Positions 1 to 13,433 of a stretch of 64,000 bases of DNA are shown here, one piece after another. The stretch's first letter is position 1. Each line of letters opens with the position of its first letter. Under the pieces are notes generated by a model, which had not been told where the DNA came from, did not search any database, and saw nothing but the letters and a program-made list of their open reading frames with translations. Both the position numbers and the translations under genes were made by a program. Source of the DNA: Azolla caroliniana (lineage: Eukaryota; Plantae; Polypodiophyta); NCBI GenBank assembly GCA_043228905.1, contig JBHGNT010000044.1, positions 62,001 to 126,000 of the forward strand. Direction: 5' to 3'.

Positions 1-289
1 AACTCAGGACGAGAGACATGATGAAAATAGAAAACTTGAGGAGGGAGTTGAGAGGAGCCCTTGAGTAAATTAAAATGTTCATACCTGGCTCGTGTGGTAT
101 CGGATTTTTGTGTTCAAACATGCGAATCGAAGCTAACAACGCTAGCTATGATATGGAATTAAAAAATCAAGATTTTTAAACTCGGGTCAAAAGACATGAC
201 GAAATTACCAAATTTGAGGAGGGAGTTGAGAAGAGCCATTGACTAAATTAAAATGTACATACCTGGCTCGTGTGATATCGGATTTTTGT

Positions 290-3200
290 GTTCATACATG
301 CGAATCGAAGCTAACAATGCTAGCTACGATATGGAATTAAAAAATCAAGATTTTGAAACTCAGGTCGAGAGACATGATGAAAATAGAAAACTTGAGGAGG
401 GAGTTGAGAGGAGCCCTTGAGTAAATTAAAATGTTCATACCTGGCTCGTGTGGTATCGGATTTTTGTGTTCAAACATGCGAATCGAAGCTAATAACGCTA
501 GCTATCATATGGAATTAAAAAATCAAGATTTTTAAACTCGGGTCAAGAGACATGACGAAATTACCAAATTTGAGGAGGGAGTTGAGAAGAGCCCTTGACT
601 AATTTAAAATGTTCATACCTGGCTCGTGTGATATCGTATTTTTGTGTTCAAACATGCGAATCGAAGCTAACAACGCTTGCTATGATATGGAATTAAAAAC
701 TCAATATTTTTAAACTCGGGTCAAGAGACATGAAGAAATTAGCAAACTTCAGGAGGGAGTTGAGAGGAGCCCTTGAGTAAATTAAAATGTTCATACGTGG
801 CTCGTGTGATATCGGATTTTTGTGTTCAAACATGCGAATCGAAGCTCACAACGCTAGCTATGATATGGAATTAAAAAATCAAGATTTTGAAACTCAGGTC
901 GAGAGACATGATGAAAATAGAAAACTTGAGGAGGGAGTTGAGAGGAGCCCTTGAGTAACTTAAAATGTTCATACCTGGCTCGTGTGCTATCGGATTTTTG
1001 TGTTCAAACATGCGAATCGAAGCTAACAACGCTAGCTATCATATGGAATTAAAAAATCAAGATTTTGAAACTCAGAGCAAGAGACATGAAGAAATTAGCA
1101 AACTTGAGGACTGAGTTGAGAAGACCTAGTAGGAAAATTAAAATGTTAATACCTGGCTCGTGTGATATCGGATTTTTGTGTTCAAACATGCGAATCGAAG
1201 CTAACAACGCTAGCTATGATATGGAATTAAAAACTCAAGATTTTTAAACTCGGGTCAAGAGACATGACGAAATTACCAACTTTGAGGAGGGAGTTGAGAA
1301 GAGCCCTTGACTAAATTAAAATGTTCATACCTGGCTCGTGTGATATCGGATTTTTGTGTTCATACATGCGAATCGAAGCTCACAATGCTAGCTACGATAT
1401 GGAATTAAAAAATCAAGATTTTGAAACTCAGGTCAAGAGACATAAAGAAATTACCAAACTTGAGGACTGAGTTGAGAAGACCTAGTAGGTAAATTAAAAT
1501 GTTCATTCCTGGCTCGTATGGTATCGGTTTTTTGTGTTCAAACATGCGAATCGAAGCTAACAACGCTAGCTATGATATAGAATTAGAAAATCAAGATTTT
1601 GAAACTCAGGTCCAGAGACATGATGAAAATAGAAAACCTTAGGACGGGGTTGAGAGGAGCCCTTGAGTAAATTAAAATGTTCTTACCTGGCTCGTGTGAT
1701 ATCGGATTTTTGTGGTCAAACATGCGAATCGAAGCTAACAACGTTAGCTATCATATGGAATTAAAAAATCAAGATTTTGAAACTCGGGTCAAGAGACATG
1801 AAGAAATTAGCAAACTTGAGGAGTGAGTTGAGAAGACCTACTAGGTAAATTAAAATGTTCATACCTGGCTCGTGTGATATCGGATTTTTGTGTTCAAACA
1901 TGCGAATCGAAGCTAACAACGCTAGCTGTGATATGGAATTAAAAACTCAAGATTTTTAAACTCGGGTCAAGAGACATGACGAAATTACCAAATTTGAGGA
2001 GGGAGTTGAGAAGAGCCCTGGACTAAATTAAAATGTTCATACCTGGCTCGTGTGATATCGGATTTTTGTGTTCATACATGCGAATCGAAGCTAACAATGC
2101 TAGCTACGATATGGAATTAAAAAATCAAGATTTTGAAACTCAGGTCGAGAGACATGATGAAAATAGAAAACTTGAGGAGGGAGTTGAGAGGAGCCCTTGA
2201 GTAAATTAAAATGTTCATACCTGGCTCGTGTGGTATCGGATTTTTGTGTTCAAACATGCGAATCGAAGCTAACAACGCTAGCTATCATATGGAATTAAAA
2301 AATCAAGATTTTTAAACTCGGGTCAAGAGACATGACGAAATTACCAAATTTGAGGAGGGAGTTGAGAAGAGCCCTTGACTAATTTAAAATGTTCATACCT
2401 GGCTCGTGTGATATCGTATTTTTGTGTTCAAACATGCGAATCGAAGCTAACAACGCTTGCTATGATATGGAATTAAAAACTCAATATTTTTAAACTCGGG
2501 TCAAGAGACATGAAGAAATTAGCAAACTTCAGGAGGGAGTTGAGAGGAGCCCTTGAGTAAATTAAAATGTTCATACGTGGCTCGTGTGATATCGGATTTT
2601 TGTGTTCAAACATGCGAATCGAAGCTCACAACGCTAGCTATGATATGGAATTAAAAAATCAAGATTTTGAAACTCAGGTCGAGAGACATGATGAAAATAG
2701 AAAACTTGAGGAGGGAGTTGAGAGGAGCCCTTGAGTAACTTAAAATGTTCATACCTGGCTCGTGTGCTATCGGATTTTTGTGTTCAAACATGCGAATCGA
2801 AGCTAACAACGCTAGCTATCATATGGAATTAAAAAATCAAGATTTTGAAACTCAGGGCAAGAGACATGAAGAAATTAGGAAACTTGAGGACTGAGTTGAG
2901 AAGACCTAGTAGGAAAATTAAAATGTTAATACCTGGCTCGTGTGATATCGGACTTTTGTGTTCAAACATGCGAATCGAAGCTAACAACGCTAGCTATGAT
3001 ATGGAATTAAAAACTCAAGATTTTTAAACTCGGGTCAAGAGACATGACGAAATTACCAAATTTGAGGAGGGAGTTGAGAAGAGCCCTTGACTAAATTAAA
3101 ATGTTCATACCTGGCTCGTGTGATATCGGATTTTTGTGTTCATACATGCGACTCGAAGCTAACAATGCTAGCTACGATATGGAATTAAAAAATCAAGATT

Positions 3201-3910
3201 TTGAAACTCAGGTCAAGAGACATGAAGAAATTACCAAACTTGAGGACTGAGTTGAGAAGACCTAGTAGGTAAATTAAAATGTTCATTCCTGGCTCGTATG
3301 GTATCGGTTTTTTGTGTTCAAACATGCGAATCGAAGCTAACAACGCTAGCTATGATATAGAATTAAAAAATCAAGATTTTGAAACTCAGGTCCAGAGACA
3401 TGATGAAAATAGAAAACCTTAGGACGGGGTTGAGAGGAGCCCTTGAGTAAATTAAAATGTTCTTACCTGGCTCGTGTGATATCGGATTTTTGTGGTCAAA
3501 CATGCGAATCGAAGCTAACAACGTTAGCTATCATATGGAATTAAAAAATCAAGATTTTGAAACTCGGGTCAAGAGACATGAAGAAATTAGCAAACTTGAG
3601 GAGTGAGTTGAGAAGACCTACTAGGTAAATTAAAATGTTCATACCTGGCTCGTGTGATATCGGATTTTTGTGTTCAAACATGCGAATCGAAGCTAACAAC
3701 GCTAGCTGTGATATGGAATTAAAAACTCAAGATTTTTAAACTCGGGTCAAGAGACATGACGAAATTACCAAATTTGAGGAGGGAGTTGAGAAGAGCCCTG
3801 GACTAAATTAAAATGTTCATACCTGGCTCGTGTGATATCGGATTTTTGTGTTCATACATGCGAATCGAAGCTAACAATGCTAGCTACGATATGGAATTAA
3901 AAAATCAAGA
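290..3910 (+). repeat. Tandem 10-monomer higher-order repeat (1780 bp x2)
   Basis: Same subtype order and private markers (cttcagg, gtaactt, ggaaaa/gttaat, cattcc/gtatgg, tccag/accttaggacgggg) repeat at offset 1780; ORF track copies at 1065 and 2845 also differ by 1780. Confidence 0.9.
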
Positions 3911-6900
3911 TTTTTAAACTCGGGTCAAGAGACATGACGAAATTACCAAATTTGAGGAGGGAGTTGAGAGGAGCCCTTGACTAATTTAAAATGTTCATAC
4001 CTGGCTCGTGTGATATCGTATTTTTGTGTTCAAACATGCGAATCGAAGCTAACAACGCTTGCTATGATATGGAATTAAAAACTCAATATTTTTAAACTCG
4101 GGTCAAGAGACATGAAGAAATTAGCAAACTTGAGGAGGGAGTTGAGAGGAGCCCTTGAGTAAATTAAAATGTTCATACGTGGCTCGTGTGATATCGGATT
4201 TTTGTGTTCAAACATGCGAATCGAAGCTAACATTGCTAGCTATGATATGGATTTAAAAAATCAAGATTTTGAAACTCAGGTCGAGAGACATGATGAAAAT
4301 AGAAAACTTGAGGAGGGGGTTGAGAGGAGCCCTTGAGTAAATTAAAATGTTCATACCTGGCTCGTGTGATATCGGATTTTTGTGTTCAAACATGCGCATC
4401 GAAACTAACAATGCTAGCTACGACATGGAATTAAAAAATCAAGATTTTGAGACTCAGGACGAGAGACATGATGAAAATAGAAAACTTGGGGAGGGAGTTG
4501 AGAGGAGCCCTTGAGTAAATTAAAATGTTCATACCTGGCTCGTGTGGTATCGGATTTTTGTGTTCAAACATGCGAATCGAAGCTAACAACGCTAGCTATG
4601 ATATGGAATTAAAAAATCAAGATTTTGAAACTCAGGTCAAGAGACATGAAGAAATTAGCAAACTTGAGGACTGAGTTGAGAAGACCTAGTAGGTAACTTA
4701 AAATGTTCATACCTGGCTCGTGTGATATCGGATTTTTGTGTTCAAACATGCGAATCGAAGCTAACAACGCAAGCTATGATATGGAATTAAAAACTCAAGA
4801 TTTTTAAACTCGGGTCAAGAGACATGACGAAATTACCAAATTTGAGGAGGGAGTTGAGAAGAGCCATTGACTAAATTAAAATGTTCATACCTGGCTCGTG
4901 TGATATCGGATTTTTGTGTTCATACATGCGAATCGAAGCTAACAATGCTAGCTACGATATGGAATTAAAAAATCAAGATTTTGAAACTCAGGACGAGAGA
5001 CATGATGAAAATAGAAAACATGGGGAGGGAGTTGAGAGGAGCCCTTGAGTAAATTAAAATGTTCATACCTGGCTCGTGTGCTATCGGATTTTTGTGTTCA
5101 AACATGCGAATCGAAGCTAACAACGCTAGCTATCATATGGAATTAAAAAATCAAGATTTTGACACTCAAGTCAAGAGACATGAAGAAATTAGCAAACTTG
5201 AGGAGTGAGTTGAGAACACCTAGTAGGTAAAATTAAAATGTTCATACCTGGCTCGTGTGATATTGGATTTTTGTGTTCAAACATGCGAATCGAAGCTAAC
5301 AACGCTAGCTATGATATGGAATTAAAAAATCAAGATTTTGAAACTCAGGTCGAGAGACATGATGAAAATAGAAAACTTGGGGAGGGAGTTGAGAGGAGCC
5401 CTTGAGTAAATTAAAATGTTCATACCTGGCTCGTGTGCTATCGGATTTTTGTGTTCAAACATGCGAATCGAAGCTAACAACGCTAGCTATCATATGGAAT
5501 TAAAAACTCAAGATTTTTAAACTCGGGTCAAGAGACATGACGAAATTACCAAATTTGAGGAGGGAGTTGAGAAGAGCCCTTGACTAATTTAAAATGTTCA
5601 TACCTGGCTCGTGTGATATCGTATTTTTGTGTTCAAACATGCGAATCGAAGCTAACAACGCTTGCTATGATATGGAATTAAAAAATCAAGATTTTGAAAC
5701 TCAGGTCAAGAGACATGAAGAAATTAGCAAACTTGAGGAGGGAGTTGAGAGGAGCCCTTGAGTAAATTAAAATGTTCATACGTGGCTCGTGTGATATCGG
5801 ATTTTTGTGTTCAAACATGCGAATCGAAGCTAACAACGCTAGCTATGATATGGAATTAAAAAATCAAGATTTTGAAACTCAGGTCGAGAGACATGATGAA
5901 AATAGAAAACTTGAGGAGGGAGTTGAGAGGAGCCCTTGAGTAAATTAAAATGTTCATACCTGGCTCGTGTGCTATCGGATTTTTGTGTTCAAACATGCGA
6001 ATCGAAGCTAACAACGCTAGCTATCATATGGAATTAAAAAATCAAGATTTTGAAACTCAGGTCAAGAGACATGAAGAAATTAGCAAACTTGAGGACTGAG
6101 TTGAGAAGACCTAGTAGGTAAATTAAAATGTTCATACCTGGCTCGTGTGATATCGGATTTTTGTGTTCAAACATGCGAATCGAAGCTAACAACGCTAGGT
6201 ATGATATGGAATTAAAAACTCAAGATTTTTAAACTCGGGTCAAGAGACATGACGAAATTACCAAATTTGAGGAGGGAGTTGAGAAGAGCCCTTGACTAAA
6301 TTAAAATGTTCATACCTGGCTCGTGTGATATCGGATTTTTGTGTTCATACATGCGAATCGAAGCTAACAATGCTAGCTACGATATGGAATTAAAAACTCC
6401 ATATTTTTAAACTCGGGTCAAGAGACATGAAGAAATTACCAAACTTGAGGACTGAGTTGAGAAGACCTAGTAGGTAAATTAAAATGTTCATTCCTGGCTC
6501 GTATGGTATCGGTTTTTTGTGTTCAAACATGCGAATCGAAGCTAACAACGCTAGCTATGATATAGAATTAAAAAATCAAGATTTTGAAACTCAGGTCCAG
6601 AGACATGATGAAAATAGAAAACCTTAGGACGGGGTTGAGAGGAGCCCTTGAGTAAATTAAAATGTTCTTACCTGGCTCGTGTGATATCGGATTTTTGTGG
6701 TCAAACATGCGAATCGAAGCTAACAACGTTAGCTATGATATGGAATTAAAAAATCAAGATTTTGAAACTCGGGTCAAGAGACATGAAGAAATTAGCAAAC
6801 TTGAGGAGTGAGTTGAGAAGACCTACTAGGTAAATTAAAATGTTCATACCTGGCTCGTGTGATATCGGATTTTTGTGTTCAAACATGCGAATCGAAGCTA

Positions 6901-9900
6901 ACAACGCTAGCTGTGATATGGAATTAAAAACTCAAGATTTTTAAACTCGGGTCAAGAGACATGACGAAATTACCAAATTTGAGGAGGGAGTTGAGAAGAG
7001 CCCCGGACTAAATTAAAATGTTCATACCTGGCTCGTGTGATATCGGATTTTTGTGTTCATACATGCGAATCGAAGCTAACAATGCTAGCTACGATATGGA
7101 ATTAAAAAATCAAGATTTTTAAACTCGGGTCAAGAGACATGACGAAATTACCAAATTTGAGGAGGGAGTTGAGAAGAGCCCTTGACTAATTTAAAATGTT
7201 CATACCTGGCTCGTGTGATATCGTATTTTTGTGTTCAAACATGCGAATCGAAGCTAACAACGCTTGCTATGATATGGAATTAAAAAATCAAGATTTTGAA
7301 ACTCAGGTCGAGAGACATGATGAAAATAGAAAACTTGAGGAGGGGGTTGAGAGGAGCCCTTGAGTAAATTAAAATGTTCATACCTGGCTCGTGTGGTATC
7401 GGATTTTTGTGTTCAAACATGCGAATCGAAGCTAACAACGCTAGCTATCATATGGAATTAAAAAATCAAGATTTTTAAACTCGGGTCAAGAGACATGACG
7501 AAATTACCAAATTTGAGGAGGGAGTTGAGAAGAGCCCTTGACTAATTTAAAATGTTCATACCTGGCTCGTGTGATATCGTATTTTTGTGTTCAAACATGC
7601 GAATCGAAGCTAACAACGCTTGCTATGATATGGAATTAAAAACTCAATATTTTTAAACTCGGGTCAAGAGACATGAAGAAATTAGCAAACTTGAGGAGGG
7701 AGTTGAGAGGAGCCCTTGAGTAAATTAAAATGTTCATACGTGGCTCGTGTGATATCGGATTTTTGTGTTCAAACATGCGAATCGAAGCTAACAACGCTAG
7801 CTATGATATGGAATTAAAAAATCAAGATTTTTAAACTCGGGTCAAGAGACATGACGAAATTACCAAATTTGAGGAGGGAGTTGAGAAGAGCCCTTGACTA
7901 AATTAAAATGTTCATACCTGGCTCGTGTGATATCGGATTTTTGTGTTCATACATGCGAATCGAAGCTAACAATGCTAGCTACGATATGGAATTAAAAAAT
8001 CAAGATTTTGAAACTCAGGTCAAGAGACATGAAGAAATTACCAAACTTGAGGACTGAGTTGAGAAGACCTAGTAGGTAAATTAAAATGTTCATTCCTGGC
8101 TCGTATGGTATCGGTTTTTTGTGTTCAAACATGCGAATCGAAGCTAACAACGCTAGCTATGATATGGAATTAAAAAATCAAGATTTTGAAACTCAGGTCG
8201 AGAGACATGATGAAAATAGAAAACTTGAAGAGGGAGTTGAGAGGAGCCCTTGAGTAACTTAAAATGTTCATACCTGGCTCGTGTGCTATCGGATTTTTGT
8301 GTTCAAACATGCGAATCGAAGCTAACAACGCTAGCTATCATATGGAATTAAAAAATCAAGATTTTGAAACTCAGGGCAAGAGACATGAAGAAATTAGCAA
8401 ACTTGAGGACTGAGTTGAGAAGACCTAGTAGGAAAATTAAAATGTTAATACCTGGCTCGTGTGATATCGGATTTTTGTGTTCAAACATGCGAATCGAAGC
8501 TAACAACGCTAGCTGTGATATGGAATTAAAAACTCAAGATTTTTAAACTCGGGTCAAGAGACATGACGAAATTACCAAATTTGAGGAGGGAGTTGAGAAG
8601 AGCCCTGGACTAAATTAAAATGTTCATACCTGGCTCGTGTGATATCGGATTTTTGTGTTCATACATGCGAATCGAAGCTAACAATGCTAGCTACGATATG
8701 GAATTAAAAAATCAAGATTTTTAAACTCGGGTCAAGAGACATGACGAAATTACCAAATTTGAGGAGGGAGTTGAGAGGAGCCCTTGACTAATTTAAAATG
8801 TTCATACCTGGCTCGTGTGATATCGTATTTTTGTGTTCAAACATGCGAATCGAAGCTAACAACGCTTGCTATGATATGGAATTAAAAACTCAATATTTTT
8901 AAACTCGGGTCAAGAGACATGAAGAAATTAGCAAACTTGAGGAGGGAGTTGAGAGGAGCCCTTGAGTAAATTAAAATGTTCATACGTGGCTCGTGTGGTA
9001 TCGGATTTTTGTGTTCAAACATGCGAATCGAAGCTAACAACGCTAGCTATGATATGGAATTAAAAAATCAAGATTTTGAAACTCAGGTCAAGAGACATGA
9101 AGAAATTAGCAAACTTGAGGACTGAGTTGAGAAGACCTAGTAGGTAAATTAAAATGTTCATACCTGGCTCGTGTGATATCGGATTTTTGTGTTCAAACAT
9201 GCGCATCGAAACTAACAATGCTAGCTACGACATGGAATTAAAAAATCAAGATTTTGAGACTCAGGACGAGAGACATGATGAAAATAGAAAACTTGGGGAG
9301 GGAGTTGAGAGGAGCCCTTGAGTAAATTAAAATGTTCATACCTGGCTCGTGTGGTATCGGATTTTTGTGTTCAAACATGCGAATCGAAGCTAACAACGCT
9401 AGCTATGATATGGAATTAAAAAATCAAGATTTTGAGACTCAGGACGAGAGACATGATGAAAATAGAAAACTTGGGGAGGGAGTTGAGAGGAGCCCTTGAG
9501 TAAATTAAAATGTTCATACCTGGCTCGTGTGGTATCGGATTTTTGTGTTCAAACATGCGAATCGAAGCTAACAACACTAGCTATGATATGGAATTAAAAA
9601 ATCAAGATTTTGAAACTCAGGTCAAGAGACATGAAGAAATTAGCAAACTTGAGGACTGAGTTGAGAAGACCTAGTAGGTAAATTAAAATGTTCATACCTG
9701 GCTCGTGTGATATCGGATTTTTGTGTTCAAACATGCGAATCGAAGCTAACAACGCTAGCTATGATATGGAATTAAAAACTAAAGATTTTTAAACTCGGGT
9801 CAAGAGACATGACGAAATTACCAAATTTGAGGAGGGAGTTGAGAAGAGCCCTTGACTAAATTAAAATGTTCATACCTGGCTCGTGTGATATCGGATTTTT

Positions 9901-9964
9901 GTGTTCATACATGCGAATCGAAGCTAACAATGCTAGCTACGATATGGAACTAAAAACTCAAGAT

Positions 9965-11035
9965 TTTGAAACTCAGGACGAGAGACATGATGAAAATAGA
10001 AAACATGGGGAGGGAGTTGAGAGGAGCCCTTGAGTAAATTAAAATGTTCATACCTGGCTCGTGTGCTATCGGATTTTTGTGTTCAAACATGCAAATCGAA
10101 GCTAACAACGCTAGCTATCATATGGAATTAAAAAATCAAGATTTTGACACTCAAGTGAAGAGACATGAAGAAATTAGCAAACTTGAGGAGTGAGTTGAGA
10201 ACACCTAGTAGGTAAAATTAAAATGTTCATACCTGGCTCGTGTGATATCGGATTTTTGTGTTCAAACATGCGAATCGAAGCTAACAATGCTAGCTACGAT
10301 GTGGAATTAAAAAATCAAGATTTTGAAACTCAAAACGAGAGACATGATGAAAATAGAAAACTTGGGGAGGGAGTTGAGAGGAGCCCTTGAGTAAATTAAA
10401 ATGTTCATACCTGGCTCGTGTGCTATCGGATTTTTGTGTTCATACATGCGAATCGAAGCTAACAATGCTAGCTACGATATGGAATTAATAAATCAAGATT
10501 TTGAAACTCGGGACGAGAGACATGATGAAAATAGAAAACATGGGGAGGGAGTTGAGAGGAGCCCTTGAGTAAATTAAAATGTTCATACCTGGCTCGTGTG
10601 CTATCGGATTTTTGTGTTCAAACATGCGAATCGAAGCTAACAACGCTAGCTATCATATGGAATTAAAAAATCAAGATTTTGACACTCAAGTCAAGAGACA
10701 TGAAGAAATTAGCAAACTTGAGGAGTGAGTTGAGAACACCTAGTAGGTAAAATTAAAATGTTCATACCTGGCTCGTGTGATATCGGATTTTTGTGTTCAA
10801 ACATGCGAATCGAAGCTAACAATGCTAGCTACGATGTGGAATTAAAAAATCAAGATTTTGAAACTCAAAACGAGAGACATGATGAAAATAGAAAACTTGG
10901 GGAGGGAGTTGAGAGGAGCCCTTGAGTAAATTAAAATGTTCATACCTGGCTCGTGTGCTATCGGATTTTTGTGTTCAAACATGCGAATCGAGGCTAACAA
11001 CGCTAGCTATCATATGGAATTAAAAACTCAAGATT
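9965..11035 (+). repeat. 3-monomer tandem duplication (535 bp x2); recurs at about 20.83-21.8 kb and 27.77-28.75 kb
   Basis: Marker 'caaaacgag' at 10331 and 10866 (offset 535=3x178+1), and again at 21191 and 21726. Confidence 0.85.
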
Positions 11036-13433
11036 TTTAAACTCGGGTCAAGAGACATGACGAAATTACCAAATTTGAGGAGGGAGTTGAGAAGAGCCCT
11101 TGACTAATTTAAAATGTTCATACCTGGCTCGTGTGATATCGTATTTTTGTGTTCAAACATGCGAATCGAAGCTAACAACGCTTGCTATAATATGGAATTA
11201 AAAACTCAATATTTTTAAACTCGGGTCAAGAGACATGAAGAAATTAGCAAACTTGAGGAGGGAGTTGAGAGGAGCCCTTGAGTAAATTAAAATGTTCATA
11301 CGTGGCTCGTGTGATATCGGATTTTTGTGTTCAAACATGCGCATCGAAGCTAACAACGCTAGCTATCATATGGAATTAAAAAATCAAGATTTTGAAACTC
11401 AGGTCAAGAGACATGAAGAAATTAGCAAACTTGAGGACTGAGTTGAGAAGACCTAGTAGGTAAATTAAAATGTTCATTCCTGGCTCGTATGGTATCGGTT
11501 TTTTGTGTTCAAACATGCGAATCGAAGCTAACAACGCTAGCTATGATATAGAATTAAAAAATCAAGATTTTGAAACTCAGGTCCAGAGACATGATGAAAA
11601 TAGAAAACCTTAGGACGGGGTTGAGAGGAGCCCTTGAGTAAATTAAAATGTTCTTACCTGGCTCGTGTGATATCGGATTTTTGTGGTCAAACATGCGAAT
11701 CGAAGCTAACAACGTTAGCTATGATATGGAATTAAAAAATCAAGATTTTGAAACTCGGGACGAGAGACATGATGAAAATAGAAAACTTGGGGAGGGAGTT
11801 GAGAGGAGCCCTTGAGTAAATTAAAATGTTCATACCTGGCTCGTGTGGTATCGGATTTTTGTGTTCAAACATGCGAATCGAAGCTAACAACGCTAGCTAT
11901 GATATGGAATTAAAAAATCAAGATTTTGAAACTCAGGTCAAGAGACATGAAGAAATTAGCAAACTTGAGGACTGAGTTGAGAAGACCTAGTAGGTAAATT
12001 AAAATGTTCATACCTGGCTCGTGTGATATCGGATTTTTGTGTTCAAACATGCGAATCGAAGCTAACAACGCTAGCTATGATATGGAATTAAAAACTCAAG
12101 ATTTTTAAACTCGGGTCAAGAGACATGACGAAATTACCAAATTTGAGGAGGGAGTTGAGAAGAGCCCTTGACTAAATTAAAATGTTCATACCTGGCTCGT
12201 GTGATATCGGATTTTTGTGTTCATACATGCGAATCGAAGCTAACAATGCTAGCTACGATATGGAATTAAAAAATCAAGATTTTGAAACTCGGGTCAAGAG
12301 ACATGAAGAAATTAGCAAACTTGAGGAGTGAGTTGAGAAGACCTACTAGGTAAATTAAAATGTTCATACCTGGCTCCTGTGATATCGGATTTTTGTGTTG
12401 AAACATGCGAATCGAAGCTAACAACGCTAGCTATGATATGGAATTAAAAACTCAAGATTTTTAAACTCGGGTCAAGAGACATGACGAAATTACCAAATTT
12501 GAGGAGGGAGTTGAGAAGAGCCCTGGACTAAATTAAAATGTTCATACCTGGCTCGTGTGATATCGGATTTTTGTGTTCATACATGCGAATCGAAGCTAAC
12601 AATGCTAGCTACGATATGGAATTAAAAAATCAAGATTTTGAAACTCAGGTCCAGAGACATGATGAAAATAGAAAACCTTAGGACGGGGTTGAGAGGAGCC
12701 CTTGAGTAAATTAAAATGTTCTTACCTGGCTCGTGTGATATCGGATTTTTGTGGTCAAACATGCGAATCGAAGCTAACAACGTTAGCTATGATATGGAAT
12801 TAAAAAATCAAGATTTTGAAACTCAGGTCAAGAGACATGAAGAAATTAGCAAACTTGAGGACTGAGTTGAGAAGACCTAGTAGGTAAATTAAAATGTTCA
12901 TACCTGGCTCGTGTGATATCGGATTTTTGTGTTCAAACATGCGAATCGAAGCTAACAACGCTAGCTATGATATGGAATTAAAAACTCAATATTTTTAAAC
13001 TCGGGTCAAGAGACATGAAGAAATTAGCAAACTTGAGGAGGGAGTTGAGAGGAGCCCTTGAGTAAATTAAAATGTTCATACGTGGCTCGTGTGATATCGG
13101 ATTTTTGTGTTCAAACATGCGAATCGAAGCTAACAACGCTAGCTATGATATGGAATTAAAAAATCAAGATTTTGAAACTCAGGTCGAGAGACATGATGAA
13201 AATAGAAAACTTGAAGAGGGAGTTGAGAGGAGCCCTTGAGTAACTTAAAATGTTCATACCTGGCTCGTGTGCTATCGGATTTTTGTGTTCAAACATGCGA
13301 ATCGAAGCTAACAACGCTAGCTATCATATGGAATTAAAAAATCAAGATTTTGAAACTCAGGGCAAGAGACATGAAGAAATTAGCAAACTTGAGGACTGAG
13401 TTGAGAAGACCTAGTAGGAAAATTAAAATGTTA

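Noticed and set aside
38-58. Shine-Dalgarno-like 'aggagg' and promoter-like AT tracts
   Set aside because: Part of the satellite's purine-rich segment, with no downstream genes; context is not prokaryotic.
1-178. Identity with Arabidopsis CEN178 or alpha-satellite / CENP-B box
   Set aside because: Length is similar, but I see no similarity to those consensuses as recalled and no TTCG....A..CGGG box on either strand; needs alignment to be definitive.
1-178. Tandem 5S rRNA, tRNA or snRNA gene array
   Set aside because: No 5S or tRNA sequence, cloverleaf or convincing Pol III A/B/C boxes in the monomer.
4487-4506. G-quadruplex in 'ggggagggagttgagagg'
   Set aside because: Only two runs of three or more G; does not meet the four-tract pattern.
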